Virus record (IMG/VR): IMGVR_UViG_3300016659_000060
Location: 1 to 26,125 of that record
Source of the DNA: a virus
Taxonomy: Duplodnaviria > Caudoviricetes
DNA: 26,125 bases
Strand: one strand, 5' to 3'
Shown here piece after piece: positions 1 to 8,332 of this stretch. Positions within the stretch are counted from its first letter, which is position 1; every line of letters begins with the position of its first letter. Below the pieces are notes generated by a model that made no database searches, had not been told where the DNA came from, and was given only the letters and a program-made list of their open reading frames with translations. The position numbers were made by a program, and so were the translations under genes.

Positions 1-1
1 C

Positions 2-769
2 CATTCCGATACCCGGTAACTCATTGCTATCGTCTTGGGTTTCTGAACTATCAAACAAAATTGATAAATCCAGTTCCTTACCTCCCCAATTGAGTTTCAT
101 CTCTACCAACGCTTTTTGAAAGCTCGCAAACAGCAAATACACGCCATAGATGAATCCGAACGGTGCATATTTTAGCTTTTTGGCTCTTTTTTCGATGGTG
201 TGCGAGTTGTACACTTCTCGGATATCACCTTTGTCCTTTTGGAAAAAATGAAAAGGTGCTGCAGGTCGATAGAGTATGGCAACTAACAAATACAATATCT
301 CTGGGTCGCCACAACTATGAAAATCATTGAATAAACGCAAAGCATCAAGGTATTCTCCAAAGGTTAGGTTATGGAAATTATCTGCGGGTCCGTGATACTT
401 GATAAAGCTGGGTCGTATGGTAGGAACCGGATTGGTTAGATAATTTTGCTTAATGACTTTCACACCATCCTGGTCTTCAAAGAACGTATCTATGAGCTGA
501 GTCAACTCATAGATATTGGATGCTTTGATGTCTTCCTCTGTAATGGACTCGTCCAGTATTTGAGTAGGAAGGAGTGCTTGTTTGGCTTCTTTCATTTTCA
601 ATAAACGATAGACGGCCGCCACTTTGAATTGCATAAAAGCAATTTGATTGCTTTGGTACAAATACAATAATTCGCAAATATTGATGTATTCTTTCGCATC
701 ACACTCGGCTAATTCGCTTGGAATGTATCTTGAGATATTGGCTTCGGGTATGTAAATGTGGTGATGCAT
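2..769 (-). CDS. Phage hypothetical protein, 3' end runs off the window (not in ORF track)
   Basis: Manual translation from ATG at 769, which overlaps the upstream TAA (TAATG): MHHHIYIPEANISRYIPSELAEC...; the last codons in the window read ...NELPGIGM. Interior not checked codon by codon. Confidence 0.75.
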   Translation of the reverse strand, partial: MHHHIYIPEANISRYIPSELAECDAKEYINICELLYLYQSNQIAFMQFKVAAVYRLLKMKEAKQALLPTQILDESITEEDIKASNIYELTQLIDTFFEDQDGVKVIKQNYLTNPVPTIRPSFIKYHGPADNFHNLTFGEYLDALRLFNDFHSCGDPEILYLLVAILYRPAAPFHFFQKDKGDIREVYNSHTIEKRAKKLKYAPFGFIYGVYLLFASFQKALVEMKLNWGGKELDLSILFDSSETQDDSNELPGIGM

Positions 770-1077
770 TAAACAAGTTCTAATTTAGCATTGATTCGCA
801 CTCCTGTTTTGGACATTTCTTGTCCAAATTCGGCTATGATACGTTCGCGTATTTCGATGTGATTTCGACGTGTTTTTGGGATGTATTTTGAATCCGCATC
901 CACATTTAAATAGCGCTCCACCATTTTCACAATACGACCTTTTAGGATGATTTTATCCACTTCGATTTCGTCTACTTTATCCTGAAGAATGGTGTTGATT
1001 TTTTCAAACTTCTTGGTTTTGAAGTAGCCAGTAATGGAGCGATAGATTTTTTTTAAGGAGATAATCATTTTTTTCAT
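769..1077 (-). CDS. Phage hypothetical protein (102 aa, basic)
   Basis: ORF tightly packed between neighbours (2-bp gap upstream, TAATG overlap downstream). Confidence 0.75.
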   Translation of the reverse strand: MKKMIISLKKIYRSITGYFKTKKFEKINTILQDKVDEIEVDKIILKGRIVKMVERYLNVDADSKYIPKTRRNHIEIRERIIAEFGQEMSKTGVRINAKLELV

Positions 1078-1079
1078 TG

Positions 1080-2072
1080 TTATGCTGATATAAAATTGGT
1101 TCCTGTGATGATTGTGGGCATTATAACGGTATCTGTAGGTTCAGGTGCTGGTGTTAGAAAGGTTTCGATTTCTAAAACGGCTCTGTCAAAGTCGGCCGCA
1201 AAAGCTTGGCGTGCTGCTTCGGGTTCTGACTTCAAAGAAGGCTTTAACCCTTGGGTCGTTGCTTTATCGCTTACCACGTATTGCAAGACACCCTCGGGAT
1301 AAAGCTGTACTGATAGTCTTGGAATTGACCATGCTAAGGCATAGAACACGGTTGCTCTACGAATTAACTTTAGCAAGTGCAAATCGCTCTCGTCTGTGAT
1401 TTCGGTGTTTCCTTTGAGCTTGGTTTTAAGTTCTGTGAATTTCGCTGCTCCAATTCTTCCTTTTATTTGGTTTTCTTCGCAATCTTCTAATCCAGAGAAA
1501 AGCTTCATAAATAGCAATCTTGATTCGATTGGAAATACATAATTGAATTCTTCGAGCGTGCGAACAAATAATCTATTGGATGCTTTGAAGGCTTCGGAAC
1601 TAGTCCAAACGGTATAAATAGAAGTTGCAGTTTCTGAATCGGTTTTGGAGTTATCCAAAAAGTAAATCAAATCATCAATTGCACCATAGTATTTGCGTTC
1701 AAGATTCTTGTTATCTCGGTCAATCATCCATTCGAAAGGCAATTTTTGCGCATCATCTTGCAACATTTTACGCCCGTTGTTGGTGTGTGCAATGTCGTTG
1801 TTTGGTGCGTAGTTTCGATAAGCGTCAATAGCAATAGGAAAACGAATGGCATCGATAAAAGTTTTATCTTCTGGAGCTAAATTGGTGCCGTCACCATATT
1901 TTTCTTCTGCCAATTTATACACCTCTTTGCCTATTATTTTGACTATTCGAATAGTAGCAGACATCAAATCTGCTTTCATATTCTTGATTGGCAAATCGGC
2001 ATTGATAAAACCCAAAGCTTCTTTAAGTTCTGTGTTTCCCGCTGTTGTGGTGGTATTGAATAGTAGTTTCAT
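1080..2072 (-). CDS. Conserved Bacteroidota phage protein (DUF6712-like), probable head-completion/adaptor protein
   Basis: 330-aa ORF coupled to the portal-like gene by a TAATG overlap; family from recall, function inferred from position. Confidence 0.6.
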   Translation of the reverse strand: MKLLFNTTTTAGNTELKEALGFINADLPIKNMKADLMSATIRIVKIIGKEVYKLAEEKYGDGTNLAPEDKTFIDAIRFPIAIDAYRNYAPNNDIAHTNNGRKMLQDDAQKLPFEWMIDRDNKNLERKYYGAIDDLIYFLDNSKTDSETATSIYTVWTSSEAFKASNRLFVRTLEEFNYVFPIESRLLFMKLFSGLEDCEENQIKGRIGAAKFTELKTKLKGNTEITDESDLHLLKLIRRATVFYALAWSIPRLSVQLYPEGVLQYVVSDKATTQGLKPSLKSEPEAARQAFAADFDRAVLEIETFLTPAPEPTDTVIMPTIITGTNFISA

Positions 2073-3436
2073 TATACGATGTTTTTAACGCGTTTGCTTT
2101 CTGTGACATCCTGTTCTTTTTCGGGTGCCATATGGTAGAAGCCTAATTTTACTTTCTTTTCTGGCCAATTGGCTTTGATAGCATAGTTAATGGCTTTCAT
2201 TACTATCATTTCGGGAATGTCTATTCCTGTCAATAAGTAGTTTTTCAGTGCGTAGAGTTGTTCAGAACCGCTATCGCTTTTACCTGATTCGGATACATTC
2301 CCCAATGCAGAGTGCAATCCTATTCCTCCTGATATGGCGTGGTCAGCACGATTAGAAATTGCGATTTGAGAATCTACAAAGTCTTTGATTTTTTGGTCGA
2401 TTACATTTATCTCCCAACCGTGTTCAATAAGGTTAGTTCCGTCTACTGTGAAGCTCTTGGTGGTGTGCAAATAACGCCCTGTGTTTTCTTCTCCTGATAA
2501 GACCTCACTTACTTTTTTTAGGAACTCAGTTTGGTATTCCTCAATCATTGATTCTTTAAACTCAATGTTTCTTTTGGCGCAATTTTCAATGATTGCTTCT
2601 TTCTTTTTATCCCAAAACGCTTGAGGCGAAACAATATGATATTTAAGATTGATGCTGTTTTTACTTAAGGCTTTGAATATTAAAGGCACGGCGGTACTTC
2701 TGCGCAACCACTCCAAAGAACCGTATAGGTCTGGAACCGTATAATAGTCCGTACAGAAGCTGTACATATTGCTATAGATTACCGCATTCTTATTTTCGAA
2801 AGGCTTAGTAAAATCGAATAAGTTGTATACTTTGTATTTGGTCAAAGAATTAGCTGTGCTAAATGACCAATCGGTAACAATGGCGTGTGTTGCTTCTCTA
2901 TCATCTACTTCTTTCAAAGAGCCTAATCTTGTGCGGTCAGGGTATAGATGAATAAGGCGCGATATAAAATTCTTACCTAATCGAGCACCTTTCGATAACT
3001 CTATTTTACTGAATACTCCCTCTATATGTTGGAAGTCTACACAGGCTTTAAGTAGGTAGGATTGATAATCCCAAGACTCGAGCCACTTCATTACATCAGT
3101 GTCTTCTGTCCACTCACGAACTAATCCAGTAGTCTCCATCTTCTCTGTGTACAGCATAGGACCTAATCCCCAAAGTAGTTGAGTTTTCTTTTTAAGTACA
3201 CCAGGAGCCAAATAGTTTTCTTGAACTACCTTCTTGATAACATCAGGTAGATCATTGCAAGAACCATATGGATAAACAATATAATCACCGATGTAATTAT
3301 AACGTTCATTCCAATCAAGGTAATCGTCAGACGATTTAAGTTTATAGAAGTCTCGAGGTGTTTCACTTACTTGATACGTAAAAGAAACCTTTGGTGTCTC
3401 GACTATCGCATCTCTTCCAATGTATTCTATGTTCAT
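2072..3436 (-). CDS. Putative portal protein
   Basis: ~454 aa; likely start MNIEY at 3436 (ATGA overlap with upstream stop); portal-like segments YPYGSCNDLP, DYYTVPDLYG, DSGSEQLYA; size and position fit. Confidence 0.7.
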   Translation of the reverse strand: MNIEYIGRDAIVETPKVSFTYQVSETPRDFYKLKSSDDYLDWNERYNYIGDYIVYPYGSCNDLPDVIKKVVQENYLAPGVLKKKTQLLWGLGPMLYTEKMETTGLVREWTEDTDVMKWLESWDYQSYLLKACVDFQHIEGVFSKIELSKGARLGKNFISRLIHLYPDRTRLGSLKEVDDREATHAIVTDWSFSTANSLTKYKVYNLFDFTKPFENKNAVIYSNMYSFCTDYYTVPDLYGSLEWLRRSTAVPLIFKALSKNSINLKYHIVSPQAFWDKKKEAIIENCAKRNIEFKESMIEEYQTEFLKKVSEVLSGEENTGRYLHTTKSFTVDGTNLIEHGWEINVIDQKIKDFVDSQIAISNRADHAISGGIGLHSALGNVSESGKSDSGSEQLYALKNYLLTGIDIPEMIVMKAINYAIKANWPEKKVKLGFYHMAPEKEQDVTESKRVKNIV

Positions 3437-3708
3437 AGTATGATAGTATAATCGTTGAATTTGGTTAAAAGAGGAAGATAAAACCATCGGCTTTTCCCCA
3501 TTTCGTCGTAACCTATTAGGATATTTGATTTATTGCTTTGGTCATCTCTAAAGCCCTTTCTTAGTTGCGCCTTGTCTACTCTCTTGAACCCATCACTAGC
3601 ACCATTGGTGGAGTTGTAGGTAAGAAATTCAAATGAAAAGGGCACTCCTAATTCGGTTAGCTTTCTCATTCGTTTCAAAGCTTCATAAAGCTTTATTGAT
3701 TTGTCCAT
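3433..3708 (-). CDS. Conserved phage hypothetical protein preceding the portal
   Basis: Start revised to MDKSIK at 3708 because the predicted -7 promoter element lies at 3734-3741. Confidence 0.75.
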   Translation of the reverse strand: MDKSIKLYEALKRMRKLTELGVPFSFEFLTYNSTNGASDGFKRVDKAQLRKGFRDDQSNKSNILIGYDEMGKSRWFYLPLLTKFNDYTIIL

Positions 3709-3733
3709 GTAATTACCTGTTTGTATTGTAGTA

Positions 3734-3773
3734 CAATGATACATTTACCACAGCGTTTATGGTGTGACATAAA
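3734..3773 (-). promoter_or_regulatory. Putative late promoter, copy 1: TTTATGTCAC-N22-TATCATTG
   Basis: Same upstream box and 22-nt spacer to a TAnnTTTG-like -7 element as three other sites. Confidence 0.7.
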
Positions 3774-4087
3774 CAAATACAAGGGTTTAGGTTACCTACG
3801 GTGTGCTAAAGTGGTGGGGCGTGGCGGTCGGTCAAAATCATATCTCTCTCGTTTTGACCTCGAGGTAAAGAGAAAAACGTTTTTGAGCGGGACGGTATTT
3901 TCTTTCAAACAAAAGCATAAACCCCCTTTTTAAGTTTGGTTTATTGCTTGTTTTACAGTCTTTTAAGTTTTTTTCGTTTTTATTTTAGTTCTTTTTTTAG
4001 CCTATTCAAACCTTAAAAATTTCTTATTTAGAATCATTTTATATTTAGTTTTTTTAGTGAAAAAGATACTTTTTTCGGGGTTAATGT

Positions 4088-4118
4088 TTCCGTATATGTA
4101 CGGAATTTTGTATCTTTA
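4088..4118 (+). promoter_or_regulatory. Operator-like palindrome TTCCGTA-N4-TACGGAA next to a -7-like element (TATCTTTA) upstream of the plus-strand accessory operon
   Basis: 7-bp perfect inverted repeat at 4088-4105, ~40 bp upstream of ATG 4147. Confidence 0.45.
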
Positions 4119-4146
4119 AGTATTGAAAATCAATAAAATATATTCT

Positions 4147-4545
4147 ATGAACACACAGACAAACACCGCCAAAGAGGTAAAAAGATTACCTATCGCAAAC
4201 AAGGTAGAACCTACCGAAGAACAAAAAAAAGCAGCTGCAAAGGCTATGATTGAAAAATTCAAACCCGAGCCACCCAGAAGCGCAGACGACAGAATTATGG
4301 CAATAGGACATTTTGAAGCTCTTTCCAAGAGGTACAAAACCCTAAAAGAGAAAGCAAACGAGTTAAAAATGTTCGATGCTGGAAATGACAAAACCAACGC
4401 TAAAATTTCTTTCAAAAATGCACAGGGTTTCGAGTTTGATATCAGGAATTCAACAGTAATTGAGAAGCTAAAAACCGAAGCAGAAAAGGAGTTAAATATT
4501 TTACTCGCAGAAGCCGAAAACGAAATTCTAACCTTTCAACTGTAA
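4147..4545 (+). CDS. Hypothetical protein (coiled-coil rich)
   Basis: ORF 4123-4545; first ATG (MNTQT) at 4147; followed by a hairpin. Confidence 0.75.
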   Translation: MNTQTNTAKEVKRLPIANKVEPTEEQKKAAAKAMIEKFKPEPPRSADDRIMAIGHFEALSKRYKTLKEKANELKMFDAGNDKTNAKISFKNAQGFEFDIRNSTVIEKLKTEAEKELNILLAEAENEILTFQL

Positions 4546-4550
4546 GCATT

Positions 4551-4586
4551 AAAAAAACCCTCTAAAGGTCGAAGTTTAGAGGGTTT
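4551..4586 (-). terminator. Intrinsic terminator-like hairpin (12-bp stem AAACCCTCTAAA/TTTAGAGGGTTT)
   Basis: Perfect stem 4555-4566/4575-4586; the longer U-tract is on the minus strand. Confidence 0.6.
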
Positions 4587-4610
4587 ACAATCAAATAAAC
4601 TATACACACC

Positions 4611-4841
4611 ATGACGCGCATACAATCTACAAGCCACAAAAATACATCTTTTAAATTGTCAGAACAAGTAAAAGAAACACTACACGCCAAAGGATATTCC
4701 AAAATCTTTAATTACCAGGATTACAAGTACTACAAAGCACAGGTTAAAAAAGCATTCAACAAAGCGCAAGCCATAGCGGAACTGTTTATACAGGACAATC
4801 TAACAAACAACACTAGCGACTACAACGAATATATTTTTTAA
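4611..4841 (+). CDS. Small hypothetical protein preceding RadC
   Basis: 76-aa ATG ORF with A-rich leader, 10 bp upstream of the RadC gene. Confidence 0.7.
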   Translation: MTRIQSTSHKNTSFKLSEQVKETLHAKGYSKIFNYQDYKYYKAQVKKAFNKAQAIAELFIQDNLTNNTSDYNEYIF

Positions 4842-4851
4842 TCTATACGCC

Positions 4852-5304
4852 ATGATTCACAACATACCCGAAATTAAAATCTCAGTTTCTTTCGATAAGA
4901 ACCTGAAAAAATCAGAACTATTAAAAATCACATCCTCAAAAGATGCCTATCATATTTTTCAGCGAGTTTTTAACGCTGATACTTTCCACTGGTCAGAAGA
5001 ATTCATTTTGCTTTGCTTGAACAACTCTAATAAAGTTGTTGGTTTTTACAAGCTATCAAGCGGAGGAATGACCGGAACCGTAGTTGATGTACGAATGATT
5101 TTTACCACTGCTTTAAATTGTTTGGCAACTGCTATAATAATAGCACACAACCACCCAAGCGGAACGCTCCACCCAAGCGAGGCAGACAAAGCCATAACCC
5201 GAAGAATAAAAGAAGCAAGTAAAACGCTTGATATTGCAGTACTCGACCATCTAATTATCACGGACGAGGATTTTTACTCATTTGCTGATAACGGTTTATT
5301 ATGA
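4852..5304 (+). CDS. radC: RadC-like JAB/MPN domain protein
   Basis: JAMM-type motif: E...AHNHPSG...PSEAD...LDHLII...YSF; short mobile-element form lacking the N-terminal HhH domain. Confidence 0.92.
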   Translation: MIHNIPEIKISVSFDKNLKKSELLKITSSKDAYHIFQRVFNADTFHWSEEFILLCLNNSNKVVGFYKLSSGGMTGTVVDVRMIFTTALNCLATAIIIAHNHPSGTLHPSEADKAITRRIKEASKTLDIAVLDHLIITDEDFYSFADNGLL

Positions 5305-5729
5305 AAATCACAAGATATAACCCCAACCGCGCAAAGGTTGGGGAAAATATTTTTTATATTCAATCTCACGGACTTCACGCAGGGCGACCGCTCAAAGAAC
5401 CCATTCCCAACAGTTGGGAAATTCAAACCGATGTAAAAAACGCTTTCGAAATTTGTTTTATGTTGTATAACTCTCGGTTTTTAAAAAACTTCCTTCGGGG
5501 TTCTGTAATTCCTTTTTTGAGTTTGCACGAATACAAAAAAATAATTCACCCACTTTTAGAAAACCCCATTAAAGAGGAGCAGAGCATACAAAAAAAGTTA
5601 AACGCCTTACAACTCATAGACACGTTTTTGATGCAACAGGAGCAGAAAAAACAATACTACAAGCAATTAAAAATAGCTTTGGCGCACGAACTTTTACAAA
5701 GCTTTACTAAACAACAAAACGCCCTATAA
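5301..5729 (+). CDS. DUF6943-like protein; C-terminus resembles a type I R-M HsdS conserved helix
   Basis: ATGA overlap with radC; FYIQSHGLHAGRPLKEPIPN and GSVIPFL...EEQ...LNALQLID pattern; family from recall. Confidence 0.6.
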   Translation: MKITRYNPNRAKVGENIFYIQSHGLHAGRPLKEPIPNSWEIQTDVKNAFEICFMLYNSRFLKNFLRGSVIPFLSLHEYKKIIHPLLENPIKEEQSIQKKLNALQLIDTFLMQQEQKKQYYKQLKIALAHELLQSFTKQQNAL

Positions 5730-5741
5730 GGGGCGTTTTTT
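5716..5741 (+). terminator. Intrinsic terminator of the plus-strand accessory operon
   Basis: AAAACGCCC-TATAAG-GGGCGTTTT followed by further Ts, overlapping the stop at 5729. Confidence 0.75.
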
Positions 5742-5747
5742 ATGTCT

Positions 5748-5772
5748 AAAAAAATTTCCGCCCTCCGGGCGG
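5748..5772 (-). terminator. GC hairpin CCGCCC-TCC-GGGCGG, likely terminator of the minus-strand accessory operon
   Basis: Stem 5758-5772, followed on minus by AAATTTTTTT; ~35 bp past the stop at 5808. Confidence 0.5.
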
Positions 5773-5807
5773 CATTGGGTTTTCTTTCTCTTTTTTTTGT
5801 GTAAAAA

Positions 5808-6065
5808 CTATCGTTTTTTTAAATTCAATGCAGCTGCTGCTTTTGTAATTTGATTTGGTAACTCATTCCATTCATAAGCAATTGCTGTTCTTATTGCTTG
5901 TGAATAAGAATCATAATCAGTAGTATCAATAGCTTGAAAAGTTAATATTTCACGTTGCTTTTTACCGTATTCTCGTTTGAGAACGATTTTTTCATTAGAT
6001 ATTTTTTTGATATCGTCACGATTAATCACCGTTACTGTAACTTCTGGATATTTATTTGATTCCAT
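5808..6065 (-). CDS. Hypothetical protein (85 aa)
   Basis: ATG ORF at the end of the minus-strand accessory operon. Confidence 0.6.
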   Translation of the reverse strand: MESNKYPEVTVTVINRDDIKKISNEKIVLKREYGKKQREILTFQAIDTTDYDSYSQAIRTAIAYEWNELPNQITKAAAALNLKKR

Positions 6066-6086
6066 ATTCCAAATATAATCAATTTT

Positions 6087-6404
6087 TTATTCCTCCTGAC
6101 TATCTTCCCAAACAAAATAATCCTCCAAATACTTCCACGCAGCTTTCAAAACTTTATTAGAATTATGATCAGTAGCTTCGCAATTATTTTGAACAAAAAC
6201 GCCAAACCAATTTTCGTCCAAATACTCAAAACGGTCTTGCTTACCAGTAAACTGAAAGTCATCGAAATCATCTACATTGATGAATTCAATAAGTGACAAA
6301 CTAGGACGATGATAAATCCAAATGCGATCATCATTTTGGGTATCATCTTTAATAACGATTTCACAAAAAAGGAAATCAGGCTGGGTAAACTCAAACTTCT
6401 TCAT
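6087..6404 (-). CDS. Acidic hypothetical protein
   Basis: Likely start MKKFEF at 6404, overlapping the HTH gene; D/E- and aromatic-rich. Confidence 0.7.
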   Translation of the reverse strand: MKKFEFTQPDFLFCEIVIKDDTQNDDRIWIYHRPSLSLIEFINVDDFDDFQFTGKQDRFEYLDENWFGVFVQNNCEATDHNSNKVLKAAWKYLEDYFVWEDSQEE

Positions 6405-6639
6405 TACCAATTTTTAAAGTTAATTCTAAACATTCCAAAATAAGATAAAGTATATCCGCATTGGGAGAATACTTGCATCCCTCTATTTTTATAATCGTTT
6501 GACGTCTCACGCCTAAGCGTTCAGCAAGTTCCTCCTGCGTCCATCCTTTTTGCACTCGGGCAGTTTGGATAATTTTCGCCACTTTTTGACGCTTACTGTT
6601 AATAATCATTGATTCTACTACGTTGTCTGGTTCTTTCAT
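6391..6639 (-). CDS. XRE/Cro-C1 family helix-turn-helix regulator
   Basis: ARVQKGWTQEELAERLGVRRQTIIKIEGCKYSP is a canonical HTH_3 motif; start at 6639 (alternative 6660). Confidence 0.9.
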   Translation of the reverse strand: MKEPDNVVESMIINSKRQKVAKIIQTARVQKGWTQEELAERLGVRRQTIIKIEGCKYSPNADILYLILECLELTLKIGNEEV

Positions 6640-6641
6640 AT

Positions 6642-7784
6642 TTATAATAATTGCATCCATTTCTGAATTATTTCATCACTTTTTCTCATTCCGTTTCGTT
6701 CAATAAGTTGTTCTTTGGTGTAATTTACATTTTCGCCAAACGTCCACTTCTTGCTGGTAATATTCCCTTCCCAATCACAAAGCAAAATCCTTTTAACCAT
6801 ATATTTAAAACAATCTTCATCCTCCACATGTTGCAATCGCAACCATTGATAATCAAAAATTCGCTTTAAATCAGGATGAATAGAACCCATCAAAAATTCT
6901 TTATATTCCTTCCAAGTTTTAAAGTTCTCAGGCAAAGATTTAATGGAATACATCAAATTTTCTTTACCATAAATTGCTGCAGTATGAACGCCATGTAATC
7001 GCTTTTCTAATTTATCATAGGTTTCAGGCTCTAGTTCCTGCAGATCGGTAAGGCATCGAAACGCTTTTTCGTGTACCAAATTCGACACTCGAAAGGTTTT
7101 CAAATTACCGCCAAGCATATACATTTTATCATAAATCCGATTGTATTTAAGATTGTTTTCAATCAAATACTTCCAAATGTCTGTGTATCTCCAATCAATA
7201 ATGGGATACGCCTTGTGCGGTTTGTTTTTTCGTCTCAACCAAAACAACTCCGAATCTTCTCCAAACATTACAAATCTTCTGTCTGGACTTTCTTCAGCTC
7301 GCAACCCGATGATAGAAACACTTTTACCTTTCATTTTCTTTTCTAGGTTCTGACCCACCCACAAATTAAATTTATGAAACCTTTTTGGATACATTCGGTC
7401 AATGCTATGAATCGCCATTGGATGCTTTTCCCTAATCCATTCTTCGCCTTCGCCCCAAGCCCACAAAAATAATTGTTGTTGGCTTGCTGCATTGGTCATA
7501 AAGATAGGAACCTGATACCATAACGGAATAACATTTGGCTGAGACATTGCCCATTCTACAAAATCAATTGTTCCTTGATACTCGGCCTCTTGGTCTTGGA
7601 AGTACAAAATGAATTTCCGATCTCTTTTTTTAGCTTCGGCATTAATCAAATGAAACAAAGCCGTACTGTCTTTACCTCCCGAAAAAGACAGCGAAATGTT
7701 GTCGTATAAATCAAACAATAAAGAAATCCTTTTCTCTACCGCTTCCAGTACATCAACAGTCCCCCTAACTACCGTTCTAGCCAT
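6642..7784 (-). CDS. ibrA: IbrA-like PP-loop ATPase (PAPS-reductase fold plus DUF3440-like C-terminus)
   Basis: SFSGGKDS PP-loop, DQEAEY, GLRAEES.RR, YPIIDW, YD.MY..G; directly downstream of an IbrB-like gene. Confidence 0.85.
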   Translation of the reverse strand: MARTVVRGTVDVLEAVEKRISLLFDLYDNISLSFSGGKDSTALFHLINAEAKKRDRKFILYFQDQEAEYQGTIDFVEWAMSQPNVIPLWYQVPIFMTNAASQQQLFLWAWGEGEEWIREKHPMAIHSIDRMYPKRFHKFNLWVGQNLEKKMKGKSVSIIGLRAEESPDRRFVMFGEDSELFWLRRKNKPHKAYPIIDWRYTDIWKYLIENNLKYNRIYDKMYMLGGNLKTFRVSNLVHEKAFRCLTDLQELEPETYDKLEKRLHGVHTAAIYGKENLMYSIKSLPENFKTWKEYKEFLMGSIHPDLKRIFDYQWLRLQHVEDEDCFKYMVKRILLCDWEGNITSKKWTFGENVNYTKEQLIERNGMRKSDEIIQKWMQLL

Positions 7785-8332
7785 TACTCAAAATCAGGTT
7801 GTACATCTTCTTCCACTTCTTTAATTTGTCGTTCGATGGAGTAGGGAACGCCTTGTATTTCACTAGCAATTCCTTTCAAACCAATCAAACGCTGTACTTC
7901 TTCGAGAGTCATTCCCAACTCCTTCATGATCTTGATTTCGTCCCAACCAGCTTTTAGCATTCCAACCAATGAAGCTTGTAATTCTACTTCGTGCTTTCCA
8001 CGAGCTCGATTGTGGCGAATGGTAGAGGCCATTCGGTCGGATATATCTTTTTCAATTACCGATACTGGTAACATTCCGCCCTCACGCTCATAAATATTCT
8101 TGTAGCGCACCATAATGGTATAACGGTGAAAACCATCAACAATCACGTATTTATCGCGGTCTTTGTCGTAAAAACACACAATCGGCATCGTGTATCCATC
8201 GCATTTAATACTTTGATACAATAAATCCATTTCTCTTTTGGCTACGTGATTCGGGTTGTAGTCATTAGCTTCTATCTTATCCAATGGCACAGCAATCACA
8301 TTATATACTGGGCTTTTAAACTTTTTACTCAT
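7784..8332 (-). CDS. ibrB: IbrB-like ParB/Srx-fold protein
   Basis: NDYNPN, SIKCDGYTMPIV, IVDGFHR, ASTIRHNRARGKH plus a C-terminal HTH-like segment (KELGMTLEEVQRL). Confidence 0.9.
   Translation of the reverse strand: MSKKFKSPVYNVIAVPLDKIEANDYNPNHVAKREMDLLYQSIKCDGYTMPIVCFYDKDRDKYVIVDGFHRYTIMVRYKNIYEREGGMLPVSVIEKDISDRMASTIRHNRARGKHEVELQASLVGMLKAGWDEIKIMKELGMTLEEVQRLIGLKGIASEIQGVPYSIERQIKEVEEDVQPDFE

Noticed and set aside
2075-2110. Additional ATGTCAC on minus near the end of the portal gene
   Set aside because: No -7-like element 22 nt downstream (ATCGTATA), so probably coincidental coding sequence.
3721-3933. 70-aa plus-strand ORF across the GC-rich intergenic patch
   Set aside because: TTG start, overlaps a predicted promoter on the opposite strand, and has no protein-like features.
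5738-5780. TTTATGTC on plus after the terminator
   Set aside because: Continues TA rather than AC, and there is no -7 box or gene downstream.
6642-7784. Sulfate-assimilation CysH or a complete Dnd/Ssp system
   Set aside because: No cys-pathway genes, no DndA/D/E or SspB/C partners, and no Fe-S cysteine motif; the IbrB neighbour points to the IbrA family.
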